64,000 bases of DNA from Gordius albopunctatus (GCA_964276515.1 OZ193909.1:14756001-14820000), one strand, 5' to 3'; shown: positions 1 to 14,120, counted from the first letter of the stretch. Translations and numbers: made by a program. Notes: a model not told the origin generated them from the sequence alone.

Positions 1-2226
1 AGTATCCAAAGTCTATGGCTTTAGAAAAATTTCGTAAATCGGCATAGCTCTGAGCTACGGAGTAGTAGAGGGGAGCTAGGTCGCTGAGTGGCATTTCTAG
101 CATTGTAGCAAGTTCGACCGCTTTACTGTAATGTGTCAAGGCTTGGTTGTAGCAAGAAAATTCGGAAAAATAATCGCCCAACTTTTCGTGATACTTACAG
201 GCTCGGTGTAATTTCGGTGAGTTCCTGAGGTTGGAATTAGTTGATTCCTCCAACGAAGATATCTCCTTTTCTTGCTGTTCGACGATGTCTTTATGTTGGT
301 TCAACCAGTCGTTTTTGTGGCATAACTTCTTTACTAAATCGTTACAAAAATACGATTGAAGCTACAAATTAAATACTTTTTAACAAGTTTAAACATCGAT
401 GATACTTATGAAGTCTAAAATTCTCACACTTTTCATGAAATCTCATTGAAATTTTAACCAGCATTCAAAAGAGCAATCATAGCTATTAGCAAATGCTAAA
501 TAAGCAATACTTGGTGTAACCCTTTATTCACGTAAGATTAATAATATTAACAGCAAAATCAATAAAAACCACATTTATAATGCTTTAGGATCTACCATTA
601 TTCATAGACAAAAACTGGCTACAATATTATGAAGTAATTTTGTAAAATTTACTTGCTCTCAGATATTTTTGAACTTTTTCCACATTGTCATTTGATTGCA
701 CAAGGGATGCACATCTCTTAAACAAAAATTTACCTCTGGGATAATTTCCCACTTTAACCATAACCTATTTTAGCATGTAAATTCATAGTACATAAAACGT
801 TATATGAATTTATCATTTATAAAAATTATATTATACTAAAATTTTAATATTCTGTTTTGATTAAATTAAAGCCATTATATCCAAAACACCAAACTTATGT
901 AAATTAAAGTAATAAATAATTTTTAAAGTATAAATGTAACAAACAACACCTCAGCCTGACGTGTCAATGCATCTATCTCTGCACAGGGTTCTTTTAGTTT
1001 TTGACTGCAAAGTATTGCTTGTTCCAAAATTGTAATTGCTTGTGCATAATCTTCATCTCTTACAAAAATTTCTGAGAGTGAGAAGTATATTTTTTGCATT
1101 TCTTCCATAAAATTTTCCAGTCTGTAAATTATTTACATTTTGTTTAAATACCATAATCTTATTAATAGAAATAAAAATCACTTAAAAATAATGAATATTT
1201 TAACTAAAAATCATATTTACAGGGCTAATATAAAATTAATAGTTAAATAATCTGAGCAAGTGTACAACAAAATATTCCTAAATATCCTAAGTTATCAAAT
1301 ACCGATTAAAATTGATATCAAGCATCAAATTTGTTTTTATATAATTTACAAGATTTTAAATGTTCTGGACAAAAAAGACTCACTTGGCTATTTTAAGAGC
1401 TTGCTGGAGAAGCATAGCACATTTTTGGTAGTCTTTTCTTAGTTCACACACAATGCCTAAGTTTAAATACCCTCTTACCATCATTTGTTTTAATTCCTTA
1501 TCATTTATTTGTCCTTTTAGTTTAGAGCATAAATTAAGTGCCTACATTATATATTAGAAATAAATTAAAAATAATTACTTTGGCACATTCTGCTTCACTG
1601 GATTTTAAAGTTTCACTTGCTCTCTGTCTTGCTTTTAAATATTCTTCTACATTTGTATATATTTCATCTTCATTGCAAGATATTTCCTCAAATTCTAACA
1701 TTAGTATTCTCCCCAAAGTAGTGTGAGCACGTTGTTGTTCAATTAAGGTTTTAGTTCCAATGCTTAGGTTCAAGTATTTGAGGGCATGAGATTTTGCTAA
1801 ATCAAAACTTTTTAGCATGCTATAACATTCAGCTATTTTTCTGTGTGCTATTGCTTTTCCTAAACTATCTTGTAAGTCTTGAACAATATTGAGCTCTTGC
1901 AAGTGCTCACTAAGAGCCTCCTTATGCCTATCTGAGTCCAATAATTAATTTTAACTAAGTATTAAAGCTTAAAAATAAGATACATTAAGACTACTTTTAA
2001 TCTTATATATTTCTAAATAATATGTACATAGCTTCAATATTTTATAAACCCAGTTATCAACTAAAACATTTATATTTTACCTAGTTTTGCATATAAATCC
2101 CCCAAATAATTGCAAAGCTCAGCAATCTCTTTCTTATTTCCATTTAAAGAAGCTTTCGCCTTGGCTTTTACATATTCTAAAATTTGTATAATAGTATTAT
2201 AATTTACTTTTTATTTCATGAGACAT
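1..2226 (-). CDS. TONSL: Tonsoku-like protein, N-terminal TPR region; multi-exon, 3' end beyond the window's left edge
   Basis: Spliced minus-strand reading from ATG 2226: MSHEIK|KYVKAKAKASLNGNKKEIAELCNYLGDLYAKL|DRHKEALSEHLQEL...GKAIAHRKIAECY...IEQQRAHTTLGR. Exon 1-362 has HEKLGDYFSEFSCYNQAL. These resemble the TONSL N-terminus as recalled (KAKAKA...LCHQLG, AHRKIGE, QRAWATIGR, EQLGDLF). GT-AG introns, the first being 31 nt (2177-2207). Confidence 0.88.
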
Positions 2227-2974
2227 TTTGAATTAAGCGGTAAGTTATCATCTGATTTTAAACAATAATAGGTCAAACTTGCAAACTCAGAAAAACAATT
2301 AAATGGCTCTCATCTCCAATAAAAAATCAGAAAGGTATTTAACAAAATAATTAAATAATTAGTGATCCTAAAATTCTATAAAAAATTATTCATCCTCCGC
2401 AAAATTCTAGCTAGGTTTTGTTTATTTTCAAGCCCATAAAAACAAATTCTAAAATTTATTTCCTCAAGTTACTTTTATCACTGTTTTCTCATTTTATATC
2501 AGTAACCCAATTATTTAAAATGGTGGCAAAGCAAAGAAGCTAAGTAGTTTTATTAAAACATTATAACCTTAAATAAGGGTTTTGAACGTTTATTTGGCTT
2601 ATATATGTTTTTATGTATCATGAAGTGTCACTTGTAAAAAAGTTTTCCTATGTAGGTCGTTTCTTAAAAGATAGAAGGACTCGAGTGACCGGGAATCACC
2701 AATTTTTTCTTTTTAAGCTATTTTTATTAACATTATTAACACAAACATATTGTTTGCCATTTCGATAAAAAAATTAAAAAAATAAAAATAAAAAAAATTT
2801 ACGGGCCGGGACCGGGCTCGGGCCTTGTATAAAATTAGCGGGCCGGTGTCAGGTTATATTGCTGATTCGGTAGAAATTTAAACAGGTCAATCAAATTCTG
2901 ATTGACATATGTCTAAATTGACAAGTTTGTAAACAAACTTTAAATGGCTAATCTTGTGATTGACAGTTATTCAT

Positions 2975-3382
2975 ATATTATATATATTTTATAACTAATA
3001 TTTTTCGACTTACATATATTTTATATGTTTTATAACTAATATTTTTCGACTTATATATATTTTATATGTTTTATAACTAATATTTTTCGACTTATATATA
3101 TTTTATATGTTTTATAACTAATATTTTTCGACTTATATATATTTTTTATGTTCTTATATATATTTTATATGTTTTATAACTAATATTTTTCGACTTTTAT
3201 ATATTTTTTATGTTCTTATATATATTTTATATGTTTTATAACTAATATTTTGTCCACTATATTTTATAATATATTTTATATGTTTTATAACTAATATTTT
3301 TCGAATTATATATATTTTTTATGTTCTTATATATATTTTATATGTTTTATAACTAATATTTTGTCCACTATATTTTATATGT
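2975..3382. repeat. AT-rich minisatellite of about 40-nt units (TATATATTTTATATGTTTTATAACTAATATTTTTCGACT) inside the Ginger 3' region
   Basis: About 8 imperfect tandem copies visible directly. Confidence 0.9.
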
Positions 3383-3432
3383 ATTTAAATGATTAAAACC
3401 AATTATATATGTAAATAAAAACAAATTTTTTA

Positions 3433-4810
3433 TTAACACATAGAGTCATTTATAAATTCGAAATGATCCTTGGAGGCAAGTATATATATTCCATATAAAG
3501 ACAAATTTTTGTTCGGGGGTAAATATAAAGACCAGTTGTTATATTGTATATTGGCTACATAAATGATTATATTGAAAACGGCCGCTGTTATTAGACAATC
3601 TTTTTCGTTGCCCCAATTGCCCCATTCGAACTTATTTTCATTAATAATATATGTTTCTATGGAATCCGGGTATAGCAATGCGTTAACCACAGGTATATCA
3701 ATGTTTAGGGCCTGTTCAAAAATATATCTTCGTATGGTGAGATGCTCATCTTGGTTACCATAGACTGCCTGGCTTAAACACCGAAAAAAACAATTCCCAT
3801 CTGTCCCGATGTTTATTATTTCAAATCCTGGTAAGAGAGGTTTTTGTATAGTACAATCACTCGGATCCACAACACGTCCTTTTCCCATTCTAAAGTCTTA
3901 TTAAAAGAAAATATGATATAAATTACCTTAGCATCAAATCATGTTTCCATCGCGTGCTAGGGGGATTAAAGTTCTTAGGGCCACTATTTGACCCAATATT
4001 AATACCAAAATCGTTGTAGATAACTAAATTTTTTAAAACGTAAAATTAATACAAGTACTTCTTTTTAGAGGTATTGGTGAATGGTGCTCTTCTTCTTTCA
4101 ATTCCTTCTGATTACTCCCGTGATATTTTTTAGAGGTATTGGTGAATGGTGCTCTTCTTTAAATTTCTTTAAATTACTCCCGTGATATTTTTTTTCAGTA
4201 TAGTGTTATCTAGAGTTTTAAGGGTGTATGTACCTGTTATTTAATAAATTAAAGAAGCAAAATAATTATTAAACCCTTAAACCCGTCTCCTGAGATAATA
4301 TATGGTCCATACCATAAAGGGGCTGTTTTATCGCCCTTTCTATCGGACCGACGCATATTGTATGCCAAAACTTTATCTCCTTCTTTAAAATGACACTTTG
4401 AACTATTATGTCTCCTTTCATAATATTTTTTTTGATAATTCTGGGCTTTTTGAATATTTTCTATAAGTTACACATTAGTTATAGTAATTAAAAATAATAT
4501 ACCCAAAGCGCACTCATTTACGAGCCTAGCTTTTTCTGCAACAACCTCCGTATTAATGTCATCAACAACTTCCGTGTTATCATTTATTTTTATGTCTTGA
4601 AATGGATCCAGCGGTTCTCTATTGTACATCAAATACCATGGGGTAAACTTAGTCGAACGTTGAACACTTGTACGCAGGGCATATAAAACCCCTGGTAAAG
4701 CTTCGTTCCACTCCCCAAGGTTATCCCCCGTGGCTTTTACTAACGTCGAGACCAAAGTTCTATTGGCCCGCTCAACCAACCCATTCGCTTGGGGGTGGTA
4801 GTGTGATGTT
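3433..4810 (-). pseudogene. Ginger1 transposase remnant (integrase C-terminal half, GPY/F region, OTU domain)
   Basis: ORFs 4468-4779 and 3433-3888 are linked through small exons and GT-AG introns at 4461-4502, 4234-4274 and 3890-3926. OTU motif DGNCFFRCLS...WG...HFE is intact. The first two catalytic Asp motifs of the integrase are not visible. Confidence 0.8.
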
Positions 4811-5916
4811 TTAATTAAATAAATAAACTTACTAGTATCAAAAGTAAGGCAAAATGTAGATGGAATAAATTTTGTATATATTCTATATTCACCTATGTAA
4901 AGATTTTAGATAATTTTTATATATTACGTATGGATATTGGAATGTATGGAGAATGGAATAATATCCAAATCCTATGTTGAGATTTATGATGAGCTTATTG
5001 ACACAGAAATATCACGCCTTTTTTTACGCTTTAAATTTGGCGTTAAAACACTTATAACCAATGGCTATCTGGCAAAAATCACGTGATCTTGTTTACTTTT
5101 ACGCTTGTAGCCAATTTGTGAGCTTTATTGCTCTGTTGAATTTTATTATTGTTGAATTATATAACCTTACACCGGGCCCGGTCTTATAATTTAATATTTT
5201 GACGGGCCCGGGCCGGGCTTTTAAATTTTTATAACCAGGGTTAGGGCAAAACACAATTTTTTTTCTAATTTTTTATCGAAAAATTAAAAAAGAATCATTT
5301 AGGGGGGGGGGCCCTCCCTGCCTACGCCCACGCTTCATTTAAATTTTGCGAGGGGTATAATGAAAAATTTAAACATCTTTTAATAAAAGCCTTTATATGG
5401 CATCAAATCTAGTTTTTAAACAAGAGTAGAAGGAGTAAGCGTGAGGAGGTGTTGAGATTGCTGGTATGATGAGGGAGGAAAGTTTGATTGATGGAGAGAG
5501 GCGTAGTAGTAGTAGTAAGAGTAGTGACCTACTATTTAGCTCTTTCACACTACGCACATGCACTTGCGGATGCGGTATAGTGTTATGTATGCATATAAGG
5601 GAGGGGAATTTAACAAGGGGGTAATTGAATTTTCGTCATAAAATTAAAACTATTGCAGGTAGATTAAAAAAAATTTTAAGTTTTTAAAATCAAATTGTAA
5701 TATCGTTTAGAACTTTAACTTTTTAACTTTCTCGGTTCATCTTCGCAGTATTCATCGTCAAAAAGGGTCAAAAACGACCTTTTTCACAACTTTGAGACCA
5801 ATTATTTCAAAAACTTATCATATATAACAAAAAAGAAAAATATATTCGTGATCCCCACAAAAAACTCTACCAGAATCTGTTATCCGTTTTCCAGTATATT
5901 TCACAAGGTCAATATT

Positions 5917-7159
5917 TGTTGTCTTGTGTAATTTGATTGACCACACACAGGTAAAAAGCGACAACACACAGGTAACTAACATATTCCCGGAGGCACTTCG
6001 CACTCTTATTACCTCTCTACAGTTCCCCCCTTTTCACAGGCAAAATCTTTAAGGAATGGTGGCGGTTTCCGACTACGATGTGGGTATCTAGGTTCTTCCC
6101 TAGGCGTTCCTGACTGGTTTTGACTTTGTTATCTTGTAGCACTTGTTCCCCTGTTTTGTATTTGTTCCCTTGGGGCACTTGTTCCCTATTCCATTTCTCC
6201 TGCTATTCTTTGTGGCCACCCGTTCTCTTGTCCCAGAGTGTTCCAATCCAGAATTTTTCGTTTCCTTACTTGATCCACGTGTCGGTGGTGCCTTGTTCCC
6301 TGTGCCCATACATCGTAGAAACGACTACCGTGCTTGGCTTTTATCGTGCCTTCTACCCATTTGCTTGGACCCAAAAACATGCGTACCCAAACCAAGTCTT
6401 CTACGTTGAACATTCGCGGGTTACCGGTCTCTACCCATTGTTGTGGTACGGTTTCCCTCAATACCTCCCATTCGGTTTGCATACGCATTTTTAGCATCAC
6501 CTCACCTCTGCCGGGCTTTTATTGGTTGCGGGGTGTTTTGTAGTTCTGTAGTTTTCCAAAAATCTACTTAGCCCTACATCCGACTGGTGCCTAATGATGG
6601 CTTCTTTAATTAATCGTACGTACCTTTCTTATAAACCGTTCGACGCAGGATGGTACGGAGCTGTCCATCACTGATCCCCCTCTCATCTTGCAAAATTCTG
6701 TAATTCCTGCCTTTTGAATTGCGGACCGTTATCTGATATTAACCATGGTGGATTCCCAAATCTAGCAAACGTTTCGGCCAGTTTTTTTATAATGGTTGTC
6801 GATGTCGAGTCTTCTAACTTAAACACCTCTACCCATTTCGAGCTATTGTCCACCATCACCAGGTATGACCTACCATTGAGAAGACCCATGATATCGATAT
6901 GTACTTGGACCCATGGTTTATGGCTAGGTTGACACTCTATCAACGGTGCCTTCTTCGCCACTGAGGCCGTATAATTGCAATTCCGGCACCCTTTCACTAC
7001 GCTGGCTAAGTCATCGTCGAGCGTAGGCCACCATATATACTGCCACGCCACTTCTTGCATTCGCTTGATCACCACGTGGCCCTTATGTACTTTTTGAAGC
7101 ATCGCTCCTCTGTAGATAACTTGGTAGACATCAGACACCAGACATCGAACGGACAACAA
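5917..7159 (-). mobile_element. Gypsy-type LTR retrotransposon 3' fragment: integrase, PPT and short 3' LTR
   Basis: H2C2 motif (HKGH...WWP...C..C), HID, LVMVD..SKW, ISDNGPQF and APYHPASNG (with stops). Polypurine tract AAAAGGGGGGAAC is followed by TGTAG at 6021, with a probable LTR end CAACA at 5917. Confidence 0.85.
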
Positions 7160-7299
7160 AAAACGAGCCTATAAATTGCATAGCAATTAAAAATAAATAT
7201 ATACATATCAATTTATGGTGTAATATTTAAATGAACAAAAGTGACAAAGTTTAATTATCAAGTTTGATTTGGTTTTAGGTGGGAAGGTGGCAGTAGCGC

Positions 7300-7708
7300 C
7301 ATGGGCGTAGCCAGCTTTCGGATCAGGGGGGGGGCGAGCAAAAAAAATCGCCGAGACTAAGTGAGAGCAAAAAAAAAAAAAAAAGGTCGCCAAGACCTTT
7401 TTTTGGTATTTAACGTTAGTAATTAAAATATTTTGCTATTCTTTGGCCTCAACCCACATAAAAACTCATTATTAATCAACAGTAGACTACTAATCTCAAT
7501 ATTTAATTCTTATATAATTTAAATTTGCGTCAAAAGGTCGTGAAATAAAATTTTCAACATAAAACTTAATTTCAATCAGGGGGGGGGCGAAACACTAATT
7601 TTTTCCAATTTTTACATAAATTTACATTAAAAAATAGAAAAATTCTCATTCAGGGGGGGGGGGTGGCGGCCGCCCCCCCCCTGCCCCCCCCCCCTGCCTA
7701 CGCCCATG
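7300..7708. mobile_element. hAT-type MITE
   Basis: TIR CATGGGCGTAG...CTACGCCCATG with a perfect 8-bp TSD AGTAGCGC (7292-7299, 7709-7716). Related ends occur near 5332, 25252-25413 and 57690-57857. Confidence 0.9.
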
Positions 7709-8284
7709 AGTAGCGCGTTTTGTATGTATATTAAAAGCCATTTGTTAATAAAATTGTACAAATATTTGTAAAGAAATTAAAAATAATTGGTTAACACGTA
7801 CTTAATAAGTTTTTCCAAAAGTTACTTGCAATCTAAGATACTCTAGAGGAATTTATTATCAACTTTGCAAAAATTAATATATCGATAACTGTTTAAGTTA
7901 AAAAGCCTAATTTTTAAGCAATAATTTTAGATAACAATATATTACTGGCAACAAATATATAAGGAGGTCAAGAACCAACAATTTTGTTAAATAATAAAAT
8001 TCAGTTATAACGTCAATAGTTAAATAATAATTTGTAATATCTGCATAACTTAACGAGAGCTGAATATTTTCCTGTAAATTTTGATTTATGAAAAATTCAG
8101 GGGAGAAAATTAAAATTGAAGGGAATTTTCGGAAACTAACTAAAATATGATAAAATATAATTATATACAAGAATGGAATCTTTAAATTGGATGCAAATTA
8201 TACTGGTCAACAATAATGAACTCAACCGGCAAACTGTTTGCTGATTCTGGTAGAGTTTTTACGGTAAACACAAATATTTTTTTC

Positions 8285-9585
8285 CTATAGCTGTTTGTCA
8301 CATTTAGTGGTCAGCTCGTTCAAGTAGGTTCTCCATGTATTCCTGATTCCTGCACTTACACCAGATTCGCTTTAGCTCGTACCTTCTCAAGTCCATATCT
8401 ATTTTATGTTTCCATGTCAGTTTAGGTCTCCCTCTCTTTCGCTTACCTTCGACTTGCACTTTCTTGATACGATTTGCCAAGGGACTTTCCTCCCGTCTGC
8501 CCAAATGACCCTACCTAGAGCCCTGCACGGGCCGCCCGAAGCCCGACCCGGCCCGATCGGGCTTCGGACCGGGTTCGGGCAGAATTTAATATGATCTAAA
8601 CAAACTCAACTAGATATTAAAAAATTATCTTCGTACACCATACATAATATTTCCACGTCAGCTTTTTCCCCTCAATATTAAAATAGTTTGGCCTAAATTG
8701 CAAATCTTATTCTGGTATTTAAATATATTCCTAGTAGCCGTTAAATTAGAATTAAAATAAATAAATATTTTCAAAAGTGTTTTTTCTGGAACTGTTAGGT
8801 AAATACATTTTAAATAGTTAGATATCCATTTAGTTGAATAAATTGTAGCGAGTGAAAATGAAAATTTTATTGTAAACTTATCCTAGTTGTAAATTACGAG
8901 TAATAACAATAAAATTTTAAAATATATTTGTTTTAATTTTCTATTTGAAAAATCGGGTCGGGCCCAAAAATAAAAAGTCGTTCGGTCTCGGGCCGGGCAA
9001 AATAAAAACTGAGACGTCAGCACGGGCAGAAAAATTTTCATTTTGCAGGGCTCTAGCCATACCATCTCAATCTTCTTACCACCAACTTTCTCTGAATCGG
9101 AACTACATTCAGTTATCCCTTATGTCTTGATTCCTTATATGGTCCTTTTTGCTTATTCCCAAGATCCATCTCAACATTCGCATCTCCATTGTAGCCAAGC
9201 TTTGCCCCTCTTTTGCCGTCATTGCCCAGGTTTCCGCTCCATACAATACCGTGGGTACAATAACGGTGTTATAAAACCGTCCTTTCAATTTGAGTGATAT
9301 GTGCTTGTCACATAGGACACAACTCAACTCCCTGAATTTTAACCAGCCTGCGTTTATTCTTGCCTTAATTTCGTTTTCCACACCCCCGTCACATTGTACG
9401 CTAGAGAACCAAGATATTTGAATTATTTCCTGCTGCTTAGACACCAGTCATCGATTTGCAGACGTGTATTTCTTTGTATTCATTCCCCGACTCCAAACAT
9501 ACATATTCCGTTTTATCTCGGTTGACCCTAAGGCCTTTGCTTTCAATTCGTTTCATCCACACTTTTACCTGCTCTGCTAATTCAA
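8285..9585 (-). mobile_element. RTE-clade LINE 3' fragment, interrupted by a MITE
   Basis: RT C-terminal motifs FKYLGS, EIKARINAGW, LYGAETW, MEMRMLRW and RGRPKLTW. Confidence 0.9.
8516..9055. mobile_element. hAT MITE nested in the RTE
   Basis: TIR TAGAGCCCTGCA...TGCAGGGCTCTA; diverged 8-bp TSD ACCCTACC/GCCATACC; CCCGG-rich subterminal repeats. Confidence 0.85.
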
Positions 9586-11121
9586 CGATATTTTTAGTTA
9601 TTTCACTATAGTCAAGTTTTTTAAATATTTGCTGATAAAGTTGCTAAAAATAGAGATTTTGATTTTACCGATTAATTGACGTTGAAAACGCCAAAACGTT
9701 TTTATCAACTTGACAGCAAATATTTCAAAAACTTGAGGGGGGAAAATAAAAATATATTCGTGTTCACCAGGAGAAATTCTACCAAAATTCGCGATTTGCT
9801 AGTTGATTTTTCTTGTTGAATTGTATTATATGAACAAAACAAGTTGCAAGAGTTTAATTGTGGAATAATATACTTTTAAAACGAACCATGTAGATCATTC
9901 TTGGTAATTCTTGAGAGCTTTCAGATAAAATAGCTAAGAGTAATTTTTAAGAAGCATTAATCAATGTCTATACGTTTGATGTTTATTTTTAAATTTAAGG
10001 ATTATTTATGTTTTTTCCTAGTAATTTAAAAACATTTAGTAGAAAATGTAAGTGTAGTTATAAAAGTATCATTGTAGAAATAGGTATGTTCAATTAATCC
10101 CAAGACAATGTGCACATTTTAGATCCAAGAGCAAACAATGATTTAATATTGATTAAGCCAATATGTATCAGTAATTTACTAGATGCAAGGTTAAAAAAAT
10201 ATTTTTTAGATATTTATTTGATCTTAAATATATCTTCTGATTTATACTCATAGACTGAACCCCTTTCCAAAAGTATGCCAAATTTTGACCTTTATCTTGA
10301 AAAATATTTTTGTTTAAAATATTATCAAGCATTTCTTACATATCTATTTTCACATAAGAATACAAAAATATATTATTTAATTGGGCATTATAAAAATAAA
10401 AAACAAACCTAGAATGAAAAAAATATATCTTAAATAAATCGTTTATAGCCCATCTAAATTTTAACAGATTTATTATATTAATTTGCAATATTTGTAGAAA
10501 ATTTATGAGATAGTAATAATGAATATAACGAGTAGTTTGATATTATTTCAATGGACTAATGTATTTTGTATTACAGCCAATTGCAAAAAGCAGTCATATT
10601 TTTGCAACTCATTAACAGCTATAAATTTTGGATTATGTGAATTAAAATGTAATTTTTATGGGTATTTATATTTTATATATTGGTTTTTATATTATTAAAA
10701 ACTTCAAACAGAACTTAGTAAATTTTATAAAAAAAATAGTTTTAAAATGAGTACAATTTTAATTTAAAAGTAAATAGATATGACTAAATGTCACAATTAA
10801 ATTAATTTACATTTAAAATCCAAAATTAATTTGATAAAACTAAATATCTAAGGGATTCCTACGTAGTAAACAATTTTTCCAAAAAAGGTTCCCCGAAAAA
10901 AAGAAGAATCCTCTAATAAGTAAATAGGCCCACAACAAAAATTTTCTACTACTTGGGTATAAACCAAAATTTACTGAAACAAACTTAACAATATTATTAT
11001 ATAATATAGGAAATTGTATTTTATTTTAATAATGTGATACAACACATGTATGAAATAGTTGACATGATGTATATGATACAAGATCCAAAATTGGATGGGG
11101 TAGGGGCAAACGAGGATATAA

Positions 11122-12555
11122 CTAACGTTTATTAGGTTTTGATGAAAATTGCTTCTTCTTCTTTTGCATTTTATCTATGCCCACCTTGTTATGCACTTGT
11201 TCACGTGTCCTAAATTTTCTCACTTTGTTTTTATCTCTCATTTGTGATCTATTCCTTTTTTTCTGTTTACCTTCACTAAAACAAATTTAAAAAATCTTAT
11301 GCAAATTTTTTAAGTAAATATAATAAAATTTGTATTATTACATTGTTAATAAGGTTTAAAAATACTGAGATTCAAAATTTGCAAAATAAATCCATTATAT
11401 TTGAATATTAACCTTTCATTAAGCTTTACATGGCTAGTTGAAAGTTTTTCCACTTGCAATTTGGGCTGTTTATTCTCAATTTGTGAAAGAATATCAAGTT
11501 GAGAGGCCCTCTCTTTCTGTGGGTCAATAAATAAGGAATCAAATTTCCTCTTTACTCCAGACTTCTTGTTTAATGCATTCAAATTTTCATGTGGAAGTTT
11601 GGCTGTAAACTTGCCCATTGAGGCTGTTGATTTTCTGACTTGATTAATGTTCTTAACCAATTTCTGTAAAAATAAGGATAATAAAACATAATGCATTTTG
11701 CCAACCTTAACCTTTTTATAACAAGTTAAATTATTAGCTAATGATGCTCTATTATTTTCATAATACAAAGTATATTTAAACAACTAATTAAACATATTCT
11801 ATGTACCTCCTTATTTGTAAGCTCTGTTTGGACTGGGCCAATTTTTGGGAAGGCATTGAAGTCTTGTTTATGAAGTAAATTTTTTTGTTGTGCTCTTTGT
11901 ATTTTAAGATTTTTTTGTTGTTTCATATCATTTTTTATGCCAAATACATCATCAAAAGGATCTTAAAAATTAAAATTATTTATAAATGTTAAATAAAACC
12001 ATACTGGCATTATCAGGGAGTTCTACAAGCCAATTTTTAGTTTTCTCATTATTAGCACGATCATATCCCCAAGCAGGCTTCCAAGATTTGGACACTTCAT
12101 CATATACCATTCGTTCTTTCTTCTTTTTAATAATTCCTTTAGTTTTGGCAAACTTCTCCCATTTAGTTGGCGGTTTTGGCTTTGGAACCTGAACATGTTT
12201 ACATATAAATAATAACCCTTAAGATTATATTACATGCTTTTCTCTAGGAAGCAATGTCTCCGGTTCTGGAAGCTAAAATAATTTAGGTAAATCAAAAAAA
12301 AAATTTACCTTTAATACTATAACATCTTCTTTCCTTTCTGTTTCCAACTAAAGACATATTGAAAGGAAATAAAATAATTACTTTCAGCAAGCGGGTTATA
12401 AGATTTTGGGCGTTATTTTTGGTCAAATTTAATAGTTTTACATCATTACTACAAACCAGGTTATATATACTAACTTAAATAAACTTGTCTTGAGATAAAA
12501 GCTCTTGTGAATTAAAAACCAAAATATTCCCTAAATCGTAATAATTTTCACCCAT
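11122..12555 (-). CDS. RRS1: Ribosome biogenesis regulatory protein RRS1 (multi-exon, complete)
   Basis: [15 protein letters not shown]...[32 protein letters not shown]...WKPAWGY...STASMGKF. Last exon 11122-11275 ends ...KPNKR*. GT-AG introns, several of about 34-45 nt. Confidence 0.95.
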
Positions 12556-13149
12556 TGTAGATTACTACCTATAACTCGGTACAAAATATGTCGAAAAAAC
12601 TCGCAAAGCTTATAAAATATCTCCTTTCACTTATTTTTAATTTAATGCACCGTGTCATATTGCTTTAAGTTTACAAGCAAATTGGTCTTTATTTTACTTC
12701 CGCTTAGGGTTAGGTGCGTTCACATTTTACACAAATTCATAATTGTTTTGAAGTTGTTACTAAATAAAAGAATAGGCCTTAAATTAAGGTAAAGACTGTC
12801 TGTTTGTTCTCAATAGACTTACAAAAATAGGAGAGAAGTATTTTTAAACGTGCTTTGCCGTATTGGCATGTTTATATAATTTGATATATTTTGGAAGAAT
12901 TAATTTTAAGGCGTGGAAAAAAGTCAAGCATAAATTTTAGAGAAAAACTCAATGATTGCTTTCTTTATATACAACTCTTAACTATTTAAAGTGGTTTTCC
13001 GGAATATGCATTGAATTCAAACTTTAAAACGGATGATGATATCAATATAGAAAAAATAGCCAATCGTACCATTTTTGTCAATTTCTATCAATTTTTTATT
13101 TTTTTAAAATTATAATTAATTTTCCATCATATCTTACATTTATCAGATA

Positions 13150-14120
13150 AACTTTAATAAAAGTTAGTTTAAGAGTAGTACTTTGGAAACAATCTTTAAT
13201 TTCAAGTTTAACACTATCTACTGGCTCACAACCGCACTACCCATCAAAGTCGGTGGCTTAGGTAAATACCCAGCTGCTTTAATTTTATTGGCAACTTACA
13301 TCTCTACCTATAAAGAGGCTTGTATCACTATGTGGTGACCCTTCCTTCAAACTAGCTCTTGATGTTTGGTCTGCCATCGCTAATCAATTGACCCCATTTC
13401 CTATAGTCTCAAGACAAATGTTGGGATGTTGGCCTAGTATAGCCCTCCGTTGATTATCTCTTATCGAGCTGCGATGACCACCAGCACTTTAACCGAAAAT
13501 CTTTGGTTATTGATAGATCAGGTCATTAATGGCTAGAAGCTTTTTCTAGTTAACTAATTGGATAAATGTTGGAAGATCTGGATCTCTCATATATAGCCTT
13601 TAGACTGGTAATACCTTACACCAAGAGCCCCCTGCCGCAATTGCTCTCAAACGGTGACCTATACGCAAAGCGCCTCCTACATTGCTTTTTAACAAATTCA
13701 CATATATAATGCACAGCAAAATAATTCTTTTATGCCAACACATTGTGCGGCTCAGTATCTTCTGACCCTTCGTTAGAAGGAATAATGCCACCCGACTACT
13801 GTAATCTCATACCTTAGCAAATCACCTGTCTCCTACGTGAGATTTTACATTTATAGACATTTTCGTCCCATTCAACATAAACCATAAAATGTAATTCGCA
13901 GAAGACCGTTAGACGCGCAAATTCCAAGCCCTCCTTCCATCCAAAATATCTCCCCATTGCCCCCTTATGCTCAAGATGTACTTTTGGACAAAGTGCAATC
14001 TCGATTCCACAAACTTTTTGTCTAAAAAAGTTGTTATCCTTATCGCAAATTATAATTTCAAATCAGAAGCCGATGGCTTGCCGCATCACGCTAATGATAC
14101 TTGGGATGCTTACGAGCCAT
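13150..14120 (+). mobile_element. Highly degraded non-LTR retrotransposon remnant (tentative)
   Basis: GC-elevated segment with TALPIKVGGLG near 13230-13263, the LP...GGLG motif found after RT domains. Many stops. Confidence 0.35.

Larger units (their letters stand above)
2847..5171 (-). mobile_element. Ginger1 DNA transposon, internally deleted; intron-containing integrase C-terminal part plus OTU protease
   Basis: Termini TGTCAGGTTATAT / ATATAACCTTACA with CCGG duplicated at 2843-2846 and 5172-5175. Gypsy-like integrase motifs YHPQANGLVER, TPWYLMYNRE and WYGPY, then an OTU domain. CCGG TSD, TGT ends, introns and a C-terminal OTU are the described Ginger1 traits. Confidence 0.88.

Noticed and set aside
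2975..3382. Repeat-spacer array next to an integrase
   Set aside because: Simple AT-rich minisatellite without distinct spacers
3433..3888. Standalone host or viral OTU deubiquitinase gene
   Set aside because: Lies inside Ginger1 termini and splices to the transposase exons
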